A DNA stretch of 64,000 nt, taken from positions 72,247 to 136,246 of the forward strand of contig JBHGAY010000012.1 in the NCBI GenBank assembly GCA_041946735.1, read 5' to 3'. The first letter of the stretch is position 1. Each line of letters opens with the position of its first letter. This document shows positions 30,216 through 40,329 of the stretch, one piece after another. The notes beneath the pieces are model-generated. The model searched no databases. It was given only the letters and a program-made list of their open reading frames with translations, and was not told where the DNA came from. A program made the translations under genes and the position numbers. This DNA is from Candidatus Eiseniibacteriota bacterium (GTDB lineage Bacteria; Eisenbacteria; RBG-16-71-46; CAIMUX01; VGJL01).

Positions 30216-32388
30216 TCGCCTCCGCTTCCTGACCGTCGCGATCCTCGCCGGGGTCGCGATCGTCTGGCTGCGGGCAGGCTGGTTGACGCTCGTCCGCCAC
30301 GACGAGCTCCTCCACCTCGCCCACCGGCAGCAGACCGACATCCTGAAGATCCCCGCGCTTCGCGGCCCGATCCTCGACCGGGCGGGCGAGCGCCTCGCGT
30401 TCTCCGTCGAGGGAAGCTCGCTCGCCGTCGATCCCGCCGCTCTCGAACAGCCGGAGAGCCTCGCCGTCGCGATGGAGCGCGCGGGCCTGCTCCCTGCCAC
30501 GAAGGTGCGCGAGATCCTCGCGGCGGGTGCCGGCAAGAGGTTCGTCTGGCTGACGCGCCGGACACTGCCGGAGGCGGTCGCGCGGGACCTGGAGGAGAGG
30601 TTCGGGCCTGCGCTGATCCGGCTTCCCGAGCCCAAGCGCCTCTACCCGCTCGGACCGGCCGCCGCCCCTCTGCTCGGCGCCACCGGTATCGACGGTCTGG
30701 GGCTCTTCGGTCTCGAGGGTCGCTACGAGGGCAGCCTTCGCGGCGAGGATGGCCGGATGCTCGACTTCCTGTCGGGGCATCGCAGCCTTCACGAGGGACC
30801 CGGGCGGGTGATCCTGCAGTCTCCCCGGATCGGCTCGACCGTCGAACTCACGATCGACGGGCGCTTCCAGCAGATCGTCGAGGCGCGGCTGCGCGAGGCG
30901 GTGGAGGAGCAGCAAGCGCGCGGCGGAACCGCGCTGCTTCTCGACCCGAAGACCGGCGAGATCCTCGCGATCGCCTCGATGCCCGGCTTCGATCCGGAAC
31001 GGATCGACCCGGCGGACTCCCTCGCACTCGGTATCTGGGCGGTCACGCAGAACTACGAGCCCGGGTCGACGTACAAGATCGTCGCCTTCGCCGCCGCGCT
31101 CGAAGCGGGCGCCATCCACCGGGAGGATCCGATCGACTGCTGCGGCGGCAAGCGGCGCGTCCCCGGCGGGATCGTGAGCGATCACGAGGGGTACGGCGTG
31201 ATTCCCGCGCGCATGGTGCTCGCGCATTCGAGCAACATCGGCACCGGCAGGGTCGCGGAAAGGGTCGGCGGCGAAGCTTTCTACCGGATGGAGCGCCTCC
31301 TCGGCTTCGGAGTCCCGACAGGAATCGAGATTCCAGGGGAGGAGAGGGGCCGGATCACCGATCCGGGCGCGTGGTCCGCCCGTTCGTTGATCACGCAGGC
31401 TTTCGGCCAGGAGATCTCCTGCACCGCGCTGCAACTCGCGATGGCGTATGCGGCAGTGGCGAACGGAGGACTTCTCGTGCGACCCTACGTGGTGCGGGCC
31501 GTGCGCGCCCCGGACGGCCGCGTCCTCCAAGAGCACCAGCCGGAGATCCTGCGCCGCGCGATGCGGCCGGAGACCGCGCGAGAGTTGCGCGAGATGCTCC
31601 GTGGAGTCGTGACCGAGGGGACGGGAAGGAAAGCGGAGGTGGAGGGGCTGTTTCCCGCGGGGAAGACCGGTACCGCGCAAAAGTACATTCCCGAGGAAGG
31701 GATCTATTCGAATCAGCGCTACATCGCCTCCTTCGCCGGCTTCGCGCCGTACGACGCTCCGCGATGGCTTTGCCTCGTCGTCCTCGACGAGCCGCGCGGC
31801 TCCATCTGGGGAGGGAGCGTCTCCGCGCCCGTGTTTGCTCGGATCCTCGAAGATGTCTCGAGGCTGGACGACCGCCCGACCGAGGCCCCGCCGGAGAGCG
31901 TGCGCGAAATCGTCGACGAGGAGCCGATGCGGCCGGTCGTCCCGGTGACCGCGGGGCTCTCCCCTGCGTTCGCCGGCCGGCTCATTCGCGAGAAGGGGTT
32001 CGCGACGAAGTTCGCCGGTCAAGGAAGCCGCGTCCTCGAGTCGCGGCCTGCCGCCGGCGCGGTGTGCGGCGCTGGAGCGACCGTCACCCTCGTGCTCGGC
32101 GATCTTCCGGATTCGCTCGGAACGGGCGAAGGCCTTCCGGACTTCGCCGGTCTCTCGCTCCGCGACGCGATGACGCGAGCCCGCTGGTGCGACCTTGCCG
32201 TCACGCCGCGGGGCTCGGGCTGGGTCGTCGCGCAGGATCCGCCGCCCGGCACTCCGTTCTCGCCCGGCAGCCCGCTCGTCTTGGACCTCTCGCCCGACTC
32301 CTGCCGCGCCTGGGCCGTCTTCGACCAAGAGCGCAAGGAGATGACGGACGACCGTCTCGCGTGGGGAACGTCCGAGGCGTCGCGATGA
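30196..32388 (+). CDS. ftsI: Class B PBP (FtsI) with two C-terminal PASTA-like domains
   Basis: RGPILDR, EPGSTYK (SxxK), SSN, GKTGTAQ; PASTA-like VPVTAGLSPA and LPDFAGLSLRDA..GSGWVVAQDPPPG. Confidence 0.93.
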   Translation: MGRGRADRLRFLTVAILAGVAIVWLRAGWLTLVRHDELLHLAHRQQTDILKIPALRGPILDRAGERLAFSVEGSSLAVDPAALEQPESLAVAMERAGLLPATKVREILAAGAGKRFVWLTRRTLPEAVARDLEERFGPALIRLPEPKRLYPLGPAAAPLLGATGIDGLGLFGLEGRYEGSLRGEDGRMLDFLSGHRSLHEGPGRVILQSPRIGSTVELTIDGRFQQIVEARLREAVEEQQARGGTALLLDPKTGEILAIASMPGFDPERIDPADSLALGIWAVTQNYEPGSTYKIVAFAAALEAGAIHREDPIDCCGGKRRVPGGIVSDHEGYGVIPARMVLAHSSNIGTGRVAERVGGEAFYRMERLLGFGVPTGIEIPGEERGRITDPGAWSARSLITQAFGQEISCTALQLAMAYAAVANGGLLVRPYVVRAVRAPDGRVLQEHQPEILRRAMRPETARELREMLRGVVTEGTGRKAEVEGLFPAGKTGTAQKYIPEEGIYSNQRYIASFAGFAPYDAPRWLCLVVLDEPRGSIWGGSVSAPVFARILEDVSRLDDRPTEAPPESVREIVDEEPMRPVVPVTAGLSPAFAGRLIREKGFATKFAGQGSRVLESRPAAGAVCGAGATVTLVLGDLPDSLGTGEGLPDFAGLSLRDAMTRARWCDLAVTPRGSGWVVAQDPPPGTPFSPGSPLVLDLSPDSCRAWAVFDQERKEMTDDRLAWGTSEASR

Positions 32389-33887
32389 TCCGCTTCGAGG
32401 AGGTGCCCGCGCTCCTCGCGGATCTCCTCGAGCGGCCGCTCCCGCCCGGCTGGCCGCGCGGCGAAGTGGGCTCGGTCGAGCAGGACAGCCGGCGCATCCG
32501 CCCGCCCGGTCTCTTCGTCTGCGTCGCCGGCACGCATGAGGACGGCCGGCGCTTTCTCGATGACGCGGCGCGTCGCGGCGCCGCCGCGGCGATCGGCCCC
32601 GCGACGGAAGTGGAAGAAGCGGCGCCGCCGGTCCCCTACGCCGCCGTGCGCGATCCGCGCCGAGCGTCGGCGATCCTCTCCGCGCGGCACCACGGCGATC
32701 CGTCCCACTTCCTCGATCTGATCGGGATCACGGGGACCAACGGCAAGACGACGACGAGCTGGCTCCTGCAGGCGATCTGGGAGGGATGCGGCCTTCCGGC
32801 GGCCGTGTCCGGGACTCTCGGCGCCGGGCGCCCGGGGGCGCTGCGCGCGGCGACCCACACGACTCCCGAGGCGCCACGATTCCAGGCCTCCCTCCGCGAG
32901 CTTCTCGCGGAGGGATACCGCGCGGTCGCTGCCGAGGTCTCCTCGCACGCGCTCGATCAGGATCGCGTCTACGCGACGCGCTTCCGGGCGGCCGTCTTCA
33001 CGAACCTCACGCGCGACCATCTCGACTACCACGGGACGCTGGATGCCTACGCCGCCGCGAAGGCGAAGCTCTTCCATCCCGAGGGGCGCGGCGACGCCTC
33101 TCCCTGCATCGCGGTGATGAACCTGGACGATGCCGCCTCGTCGAAGCTCCGCGCGGGCAGCCCGGACCCGCTTTTCGGCTATGGGACAAGGCCGGCCTGC
33201 GCGATCCGGCTCGAGTCGCTCGAGGCGACACCCGAGGGGCTGCGGCTGCGCGTGCTCACGCCGCGCGGCGCGCGAACCGTCCGTTCCCCGCTGATCGGGA
33301 CGTTCAACGGCTGGAACCTGCTCGCCGCCTACGCCACCGCCTGGGCGTGCGGGCTGCCGCCCGACGCGGTCGAGGAGCGCCTCGCGCGCGGCGTCCGCGT
33401 CCCGGGAAGGATGGAGCGGATCGAGCGCGGGCAGCCGTTCCTCGTGGTCGTCGACTACGCGCATACCCCCGATGCGCTGGCGCGGGCGATCGAGGCGTTG
33501 CGGCCGCAGACGAGGGGACGTCTGACCGTCCTGTTCGGTTGCGGGGGCGACCGCGATCATGGCAAGCGCCCCGAGATGGGGAGGATCGCCGCGGAGAGGG
33601 CAGACCGCGTGATCGTGACGAGCGACAACCCGCGCAGCGAGGACCCGCGCTCGATCCTCGAGGCGATCGTGGAAGGGGTGCGGGAGGCGGGCCGCGAGCC
33701 CGACCTCGTCACGCTCGATCGCGAGGAGGCGATCTTCGCGGCGGTCGCGGGGGCGGGGAGCCAGGACGCGTTGCTCATCGCGGGGAAGGGACACGAGGAC
33801 TACCAGGAGACGGCACAGGGAAAGCGCCCGTTCGACGACCGCGAGGTAGCGGCTCGCGCCCTCGCGTCGCAAGGATGGGGACCGTGA
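32385..33887 (+). CDS. murE: UDP-MurNAc-tripeptide synthetase (meso-DAP type)
   Basis: GITGTNGKTT, EVSSH, DYAHTPD, DNPR specificity motif, AGKGHE. Confidence 0.95.
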   Translation: MIRFEEVPALLADLLERPLPPGWPRGEVGSVEQDSRRIRPPGLFVCVAGTHEDGRRFLDDAARRGAAAAIGPATEVEEAAPPVPYAAVRDPRRASAILSARHHGDPSHFLDLIGITGTNGKTTTSWLLQAIWEGCGLPAAVSGTLGAGRPGALRAATHTTPEAPRFQASLRELLAEGYRAVAAEVSSHALDQDRVYATRFRAAVFTNLTRDHLDYHGTLDAYAAAKAKLFHPEGRGDASPCIAVMNLDDAASSKLRAGSPDPLFGYGTRPACAIRLESLEATPEGLRLRVLTPRGARTVRSPLIGTFNGWNLLAAYATAWACGLPPDAVEERLARGVRVPGRMERIERGQPFLVVVDYAHTPDALARAIEALRPQTRGRLTVLFGCGGDRDHGKRPEMGRIAAERADRVIVTSDNPRSEDPRSILEAIVEGVREAGREPDLVTLDREEAIFAAVAGAGSQDALLIAGKGHEDYQETAQGKRPFDDREVAARALASQGWGP

Positions 33888-35311
33888 ACGGCTGGACGCT
33901 CCGATCGATCGCGCAGCTCTGCGAGGGGAGGCTCGCGAACGCCGCCGATCCGGACCTGGTCGTCCCGCCCGGCGCCGTCTCCTTCGACTCCCGTTCGATC
34001 CGCCCGGGGGAGCTGTTCGTCGCGCTGCGCGGAGCGCGCGACGGCCACGAGTTCGTGCCCGCGGCGGCGCGGGCCGGCGCGGCCGGCGCGATCGTCGCGG
34101 AGGACTACGACGCCTCCGCGATCGGCGCGGGCCGCGACGATGCCTCGGCGACTCCAGCGGCCGGCTTCGCGCTGATCCGCGTCCCCGATCCTCTCGCGGC
34201 GCTCCACCTCTGGGCGGGGCGCCACCGGCGGGCGATGCCGGCGGTCGTGATCGCCGTGACCGGATCGTCCGGCAAGACGACCACGAAGGACCGCCTGGGC
34301 GAGATCCTCGCGGCGAATGCGCCGACCATGCGGACCGAAGGGAACTGGAACAATCACATCGGCGTCCCCCTCACCCTCCTCCACCTGCGTCCGGAGCATC
34401 GCTGGGGGATCGTCGAGATCGCGATGAACCATCCGGGGGAGATCGCCCCGCTGGCCCGCCTCGCCGCTCCCGACCATGTGCTGCTGACCACGGTGGGATG
34501 GGCCCACATCGGCGCCTTCGGGACGCGCGAAGCGATCCTCGAGGAGAAGCTCGATGCCGCGCGCGCTCTCGGTGCCCGCGGCCTCTTCTTCCACGAAGCG
34601 GACCCCTGGCTGCTCGAGCGACTCCCCGCGCCGCTGCGCGACCGCCCGCGGCGGACCTTCGGCCTCGCGCCCGGCGCCGATCTCCATCCCGAGGCGGTCG
34701 AGTACGGTTGGGAGGGGACGCGATTCCGCACCCCGTACACGGGACAGGTGCGCCTCTCCTGCCCGGGACGCGGGGCGCTGCAGGCCGCGATCGCCGCCTC
34801 GCTCGTCGCCCGCGAGCTCTCGATCGAGGGATCGACGGCGCGCGCGAGCCTCGAGGCGGCGCGCCCGCGCGCGCTGCGGATGGAGCCGCGGGCGATGGGT
34901 GGCGCCATCGCGATCCTCGATTGCTACAACGCGAGCCCGGAGTCCAGCCTCGCGGCCGTCTCCTTCCTGGCGGAGACGCCGGGGGCGCGGCGGCGCTGGC
35001 TCGCGTTCGGCGAGATGCGGGAGCTGGGGGCCAGCTCCGAGGAGAGCCACCGCCAGGTCGGCGAGAGAGCGGCTGCTGGCGTCGACGGCGCCTTCTTCTT
35101 CGGCGAAGGTTGCCGCCCGGCCCGCGAGGCGTATCGTGCGGGATCGCGGCCGGGGACCTTCGCCGCGCTCTATACGTCCCACGAGGCGCTCGCCGCGGAT
35201 CTCGCTCCGAGGATCGAGCCGGGGGACCGCGTCCTGTTCAAGGGGGCGCGCGCGACGGCGATGGAGACGGTCTACGAGGCGTGCCGGCGTCGTCTGGAAG
35301 GGAGGGGGTAA
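33884..35311 (+). CDS. murF: UDP-MurNAc-pentapeptide synthetase
   Basis: TGSSGKTTTK, NNHIGVPLTL, DCYNASP, GEMRELG. Confidence 0.95.
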   Translation: MNGWTLRSIAQLCEGRLANAADPDLVVPPGAVSFDSRSIRPGELFVALRGARDGHEFVPAAARAGAAGAIVAEDYDASAIGAGRDDASATPAAGFALIRVPDPLAALHLWAGRHRRAMPAVVIAVTGSSGKTTTKDRLGEILAANAPTMRTEGNWNNHIGVPLTLLHLRPEHRWGIVEIAMNHPGEIAPLARLAAPDHVLLTTVGWAHIGAFGTREAILEEKLDAARALGARGLFFHEADPWLLERLPAPLRDRPRRTFGLAPGADLHPEAVEYGWEGTRFRTPYTGQVRLSCPGRGALQAAIAASLVARELSIEGSTARASLEAARPRALRMEPRAMGGAIAILDCYNASPESSLAAVSFLAETPGARRRWLAFGEMRELGASSEESHRQVGERAAAGVDGAFFFGEGCRPAREAYRAGSRPGTFAALYTSHEALAADLAPRIEPGDRVLFKGARATAMETVYEACRRRLEGRG

Positions 35312-35314
35312 GGG

Positions 35315-36400
35315 ATGCTGTACGAGCTGCTCTATCCGCTCCGCGACACCTTCTCCGCGCTGAACGTCTTCCGGTACATCACGTTTCGCACCGCCTACGC
35401 GACGATCACCGCGCTGCTGCTCTCCTTCGCGCTCGGTCCCTGGCTGGTCGCGCGCCTGCGCCGCATGCGCCTGCAGCAGGTGATCCGGGAGGATGGTCCG
35501 AGCGCGCATTTCGGCAAGAAGGGGACGCCGACGATGGGCGGCCTCTTGATCCTCTTCTCGGTGGTCGTGCCGACCCTGCTCTGGGCGAACCTGCACAGCA
35601 CGCCGGTCTGGATCCTGCTGTTCGTGACGACGTCGCTGGGCCTTCTGGGATTCCTCGACGACTGGCTCCATGTCGTGCGCAAGGAGAAGAAGGGGCTGCT
35701 CGGCCGCTACAAGATTCTCGTGCAGGTCGCCGTCGGGATGGGCGTCGGCCTGCTGCTCGTCGGAACGAACGTGTACGGTCCCATGACGACGCAGACGACC
35801 GTTCCGTTCATCAAGGAGCGGCTGTTCGATCTCGGGCTCCTGTACATTCCTTTCGTGGTCCTCGTGATCACGGCGACGTCGAATGCGGTGAACCTGGCGG
35901 ATGGGCTCGACGGCCTCGCGATCGGGATGGTGATGCCGCCGGTGCTCGCCTACGGCGCCCTCGCATACGTCACCGGCCACGCCGGATTCGCGAAGTACCT
36001 GAACATTCCGTATCTCGAGGGATGCGGCGAGCTGACCGTGTACGCGGGCGCGCTGTTCGGCGCCTGTCTCGGGTTTCTCTGGTACAATGCGCATCCGGCC
36101 GAGGTCTTCATGGGCGACACCGGTTCCCTGGCCCTCGGCGGCAGCCTTGGGGCGATGTCGATCCTGATCAAGCGGGAGCTGTTGCTCGTGATCGTCGGGG
36201 GGCTCTTCGTCCTCGAGACGCTGAGCGTCGTCATCCAGGTGCTGAGCTTCAAGTGGACGGGGAAGAGGGTGTTTCGGATGGCGCCGCTCCATCATCATTT
36301 CGAACTGGCCGGCTGGCCGGAGACCAAGGTGGTCGTGCGCTTCTGGATCGTCTCGATCCTGCTCGCGCTGGTCACTCTCTCGACGGTGAAGCTGCAGTAG
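35315..36400 (+). CDS. mraY: Phospho-MurNAc-pentapeptide transferase
   Basis: KKGTPTMGG, NAVNLADGLDGL, FMGDTGS, MAPLHHHFE. Confidence 0.97.
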   Translation: MLYELLYPLRDTFSALNVFRYITFRTAYATITALLLSFALGPWLVARLRRMRLQQVIREDGPSAHFGKKGTPTMGGLLILFSVVVPTLLWANLHSTPVWILLFVTTSLGLLGFLDDWLHVVRKEKKGLLGRYKILVQVAVGMGVGLLLVGTNVYGPMTTQTTVPFIKERLFDLGLLYIPFVVLVITATSNAVNLADGLDGLAIGMVMPPVLAYGALAYVTGHAGFAKYLNIPYLEGCGELTVYAGALFGACLGFLWYNAHPAEVFMGDTGSLALGGSLGAMSILIKRELLLVIVGGLFVLETLSVVIQVLSFKWTGKRVFRMAPLHHHFELAGWPETKVVVRFWIVSILLALVTLSTVKLQ

Positions 36401-36416
36401 AGGCCGGCGCGCGCGG

Positions 36417-36458
36417 GGCATCGTGCATCGAGCCTCGGGCATCGGGCATCGGGCATCG
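36417..36458 (+). repeat. Six tandem copies of a 7-bp unit (consensus GGCATCG) between mraY and murD
   Basis: ggcatcg tgcatcg agcctcg ggcatcg ggcatcg ggcatcg. Confidence 0.8.
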
Positions 36459-36485
36459 ACAGGGCGACAACAGGAGGTGGGGCAC

Positions 36486-37985
36486 TTGGATCGGCGGGGA
36501 GATCTCGCGGGGCGGAGGATCGGCATCATCGGGATGGCCCGTTCCGGGCTGGCGGCGGCGCGTCTGGCGCTGAACGAGGGGGCGGTCCCGTTCGGGTTCG
36601 ATCTGCGCAGGCCGTCCGGCACGGAGGCGGAGCGGACGGTCCGCGAGCTGGAGGAGAAAGGGGCCCACTTCTTCTGGGGGCCCCATCCGCTCGACGCCCT
36701 CGACCGTCTCGACCGGATCGTCCAGAGCCCGGGGGTGCCGCGAGAGATCGAGTTCCTCCGCGCGGCCCGCGAGAGGGGGATCCCGATCTGGAGCGAGATC
36801 GAGTTCGCATGGCGATTCGCCCGCGGACCGATCCTCGGGATCACCGGCACCAACGGCAAGTCGACGACCGCCGCATGGACCGACGACCTGCTCGCTCGAT
36901 GCGGGCGCGCGCACGCCCTCGTCGGGAACATCGGCCGCCCGATCTCCGACGGCGTGCTGCGCGAGCCGCCCGGCGCGGTCCTCGTCACCGAGATCTCGAG
37001 CTTTCAGCTCGAGGAGATCGAGACATTCCGCCCGCAAGGGGCGGCGCTCCTGAACCTGACCCCCGACCATCTCGACCGCCATGGCAGCTTCGAGGCGTAC
37101 CGCGAGGCGAAGATGCGGATCTTCCTCAACCAGACCGTCGAGCAGTATGCGGTGATCGGAGAGGCGGACGACCTGGCCGACGAGGTGGCGCGCCGCTTTC
37201 CGCCCCGCATCCTCCGCTTCCGCCTCGAGGACCGGGGGGAGGAGGGGGCGTTCGTCCGCCAGGGCCGGATCGGCATCCGTCTCGACGGCGCGGAGCGGAT
37301 GCTGTGCGAGGCCTCGGAACTCTCCCTTCCCGGGCCGCACAACTTGGCGAACGCGCTCGCGGCGCTGGCGCTGACCGCGCCGCTTCGCCTGCCCGAGGAA
37401 GGGCTGCTCGCGTCTCTCCGCCGCTTCCCCGGCCTGCCGCACCGGCTCGAACGGATCGCGACGATCGACGGCGTGCCTTACGTCAACGACTCGAAGGCGA
37501 CGAACACCGATTCGACCGTCACCGCGCTCCATGCCTTCGGCGACACGCCGCTGATCCTGCTGGCCGGCGGACGTGACAAGGGGCAGGACTTCCGGCCGAT
37601 CGCCGCGCTCGTGCGCGAGCGCTGCCGGGCGGTGCTCTTGTTCGGCGAGTCCTCCGCGTCGATCCGCGAGCAGTGGGGGGCCGATCTGTGCGAGGTGGTG
37701 CCGGATCTCGCCGCCGCCCTCGCCCGCGCGCGCGAGATCGTCCGTCCGGGGGAGATCGTCCTGCTCTCCCCCGCGTGCGCCAGCTTCGACCAGTTCCGCA
37801 ACTACGAGGAGCGGGGGGACAGCTTCCGGCGGATCGTGCTCGAGATGGCGAAGGAAGGCGGGGCCTCGGGAACGCCCGCGCCCGCGCCGGCGGCCCCGCC
37901 CGCGCCGGCGCCGCCGCCGCAGTCGCCGCCGCAATCATCGCCGCAGTCGCCGCCGCCCCCGCGGCGAGACAGGGAGGACCGATGA
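36486..37985 (+). CDS. murD: UDP-MurNAc-L-Ala:D-Glu ligase with Pro-rich tail
   Basis: GMARSG, GITGTNGKSTT, EISSFQL, NDSKATN, SPACASFDQF; TTG start inferred from GGAGG at 36473. Confidence 0.95.
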   Translation: MDRRGDLAGRRIGIIGMARSGLAAARLALNEGAVPFGFDLRRPSGTEAERTVRELEEKGAHFFWGPHPLDALDRLDRIVQSPGVPREIEFLRAARERGIPIWSEIEFAWRFARGPILGITGTNGKSTTAAWTDDLLARCGRAHALVGNIGRPISDGVLREPPGAVLVTEISSFQLEEIETFRPQGAALLNLTPDHLDRHGSFEAYREAKMRIFLNQTVEQYAVIGEADDLADEVARRFPPRILRFRLEDRGEEGAFVRQGRIGIRLDGAERMLCEASELSLPGPHNLANALAALALTAPLRLPEEGLLASLRRFPGLPHRLERIATIDGVPYVNDSKATNTDSTVTALHAFGDTPLILLAGGRDKGQDFRPIAALVRERCRAVLLFGESSASIREQWGADLCEVVPDLAAALARAREIVRPGEIVLLSPACASFDQFRNYEERGDSFRRIVLEMAKEGGASGTPAPAPAAPPAPAPPPQSPPQSSPQSPPPPRRDREDR

Positions 37986-39121
37986 GGAACAACGTCGCGC
38001 GCGTGTTCCGTCCGGAGCGCTGGTTGCTCGTCTCGGTGCTGATCCTCTGCGCGGTCGGCCTCGTGATGGTCTACTCCTCGAGCGCGGTCCTCGGAATGGC
38101 GCTCGCCCGCTCCTCCGCGCACTTCTTCGAAGGCCAGCTCGTGAAGCTGTTGGGCGGCCTCGTGCTGCTCGTCGCCTTCTGGCGGCTCGACTACCACTTC
38201 CTGTCCGGAAAGATCGCGTGGGTCGGCATCGGCGCCGCCTTCGCCGCGCTCCTCGCGCTGGCGCTCCATCTCGGCGTCGCCGGCGGCGCGACGGCGGATC
38301 GCTGGCTGCGGATCGGCGGCTTCACGCTCCAGCCCTCGGAGTTCGCGCGCGTCGGGCTCGTCGTCTTCCTCGCCTCGTATCTGAGCCGCAAGGAACCTTC
38401 GCTCCCCCTGTCGCGCCGCTTCCTCGTGCCGCTCGCCGTCGCGCTCGGCATCACGTTGCTCGTCGCCGCGCAGCCGAACCTGTCGATGGCGCTCCTGATC
38501 CTGATGCTGGCCGGAGGGATTTTCTTCCTCGCCGACCTGCCGATCCGCTATCTCCTCGGCTCGACGCTGATCCCCGGCGCGATCGCGCTGGTCCTGATGC
38601 GCCCGTACCAGCGCGAGCGGGTCCTCTCCTTCCTCGGAATCGGAGGCGCGAGCGAAGCCGGCTACCAGCTCCAGCAGAGCATCACGGCGGTCGGATCCGG
38701 GGGGATCGCCGGTCTCGGACTCGGCAACGGCCTGCAGAAATACTTCTACTTGCCCTTTCCGCACACCGACTTCATTCTCGGCATCGTCGGAGAGGAGACC
38801 GGGCTCATCGGGATCACCGTTCTGCTCGTTCTCTACGTCTCCCTGATCGTGATGGGGATCGATGCGGCTCGTCGCGCTCCCGACCGTTTCGGCCACCTTC
38901 TTGCGGCGGGCTTGACCTGGAATCTCGCAATGAACGTTCTGGTGCACGCGATGGTGAACCTCGGCATGGGTCCGGTGACGGGCGTCCCGCTTCCGTTCCT
39001 GAGCTGCGGCGGATCGGCCCTGATGGCGAACCTGCTCGCCGTCGGGATTTTGCTGTCCGTCGCGCGCCATGCCACCGTGTCGCGCTCCGATGATTGGTCC
39101 TCGTGGGGACGCCGTTCATGA
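37982..39121 (+). CDS. ftsW: SEDS peptidoglycan polymerase
   Basis: RWLRIG..QPSEF, LPFPHTDFI..GEE, PVTGVPLPFLS. Confidence 0.95.
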   Translation: MRNNVARVFRPERWLLVSVLILCAVGLVMVYSSSAVLGMALARSSAHFFEGQLVKLLGGLVLLVAFWRLDYHFLSGKIAWVGIGAAFAALLALALHLGVAGGATADRWLRIGGFTLQPSEFARVGLVVFLASYLSRKEPSLPLSRRFLVPLAVALGITLLVAAQPNLSMALLILMLAGGIFFLADLPIRYLLGSTLIPGAIALVLMRPYQRERVLSFLGIGGASEAGYQLQQSITAVGSGGIAGLGLGNGLQKYFYLPFPHTDFILGIVGEETGLIGITVLLVLYVSLIVMGIDAARRAPDRFGHLLAAGLTWNLAMNVLVHAMVNLGMGPVTGVPLPFLSCGGSALMANLLAVGILLSVARHATVSRSDDWSSWGRRS

Positions 39122-40329
39122 AGGTGATCCTGACCGGCGGCGGAACGGGCGGACACCTCTTCCCCGCCTTGGCGATCGCAGAGTCCCTCCGGAAGAGGGA
39201 CCCGCGCGTGGAGCTTCTGTTCCTCGGCTCCCAGCGGGGGCTCGAAGCGACGGCGGTGCCGCAGGCCGATCTGCCGTTCGAAGGACTGCCGGCCATGCCG
39301 CTGCCGCGGCGCTTCTCGCCGCGTCTCTTCCGGGCCGGGATCGCCGACTTCCGCGCCGTGCTCGCCGCGCGCGCCGCGCTGCGCCGCTTTCGGCCCGACG
39401 TCATCTTCGCCACCGGCGGGTTCGCCTCCGCCCCGGTCCTCGCGGCCGCATGGATGGAGAAGACGCCGGTCCTGCTGCACGAGCAGAACGCCGTGCCCGG
39501 GCTCACCAACCGGATCGCGAGCCGCTTCGCCCGCGAAGTCCACCTGACGTTCAGCGCTTCCCGCCGCTACTTCCCGAGGCGTGACAACCTCCGCCTCTCG
39601 GGAATGCCGCTTCGCGAGGGGATCGTCGGCGGCAGCCGCAACAAGGCGCTTCGCCTCTTCCGGCTCGAGGAGGGACGGACGACGATCCTCGTCTTCGGCG
39701 GGAGCCAGGGAGCCCACCACATCAACGAGGCGATCCTCGACGCGCTTCCCCGCTTCGCGAACCAGCGCGGGATCCAGTTCATCCTGCAGGCGGGGCAGAA
39801 GGACTACGCGTGGATGCTCGAGCGCTGCCGGGCGATTCCGGTCCGGACGTGGGTGCGCCCGTTCATCCAGAACATGGGAGAGGCGTACGCGATCGCCGAC
39901 CTCGTCGTCTGCCGCGCCGGCGCGCTCACGCTCGCCGAGCTGCACGCGACCGGCAAGCCGGCGATCCTCGTCCCCTACCCCTATGCCACGGCCGACCATC
40001 AGACGCAGAACGCGGAAGGATCGGTCGAGGCGGGCGCCGCCGTCATGATTCCCGACGCGCAGCTCGACGGACCGGCCCTCGCCTCTCGCATCCTCGATCT
40101 GATCGAGGACCGCCGCGAGTTGCGCCGCATGTCGATCCAGGCGATGCGGCTCGCCCGTCCCGACGCCGCCGATCGGATCGTCCGCGCGATCCTTCGCTAT
40201 CCGGAGGCAGCCGACGGGACGGAGGGAGAGCCCGAGCCGCACCCGCGCGCGGCTTCCGCCGAGAGACCGGTCCGCCGCAGGCGCGGCGGAGCGAGGAGGG
40301 GAGGCGATGTCGCCCGGCAAGGTGCGTAG
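39118..40329 (+). CDS. murG: Lipid I GlcNAc transferase
   Basis: GGGTGGH, HEQN, FGGSQGA, RAGALT, HQTQNA. Confidence 0.96.
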   Translation: MKVILTGGGTGGHLFPALAIAESLRKRDPRVELLFLGSQRGLEATAVPQADLPFEGLPAMPLPRRFSPRLFRAGIADFRAVLAARAALRRFRPDVIFATGGFASAPVLAAAWMEKTPVLLHEQNAVPGLTNRIASRFAREVHLTFSASRRYFPRRDNLRLSGMPLREGIVGGSRNKALRLFRLEEGRTTILVFGGSQGAHHINEAILDALPRFANQRGIQFILQAGQKDYAWMLERCRAIPVRTWVRPFIQNMGEAYAIADLVVCRAGALTLAELHATGKPAILVPYPYATADHQTQNAEGSVEAGAAVMIPDAQLDGPALASRILDLIEDRRELRRMSIQAMRLARPDAADRIVRAILRYPEAADGTEGEPEPHPRAASAERPVRRRRGGARRGGDVARQGA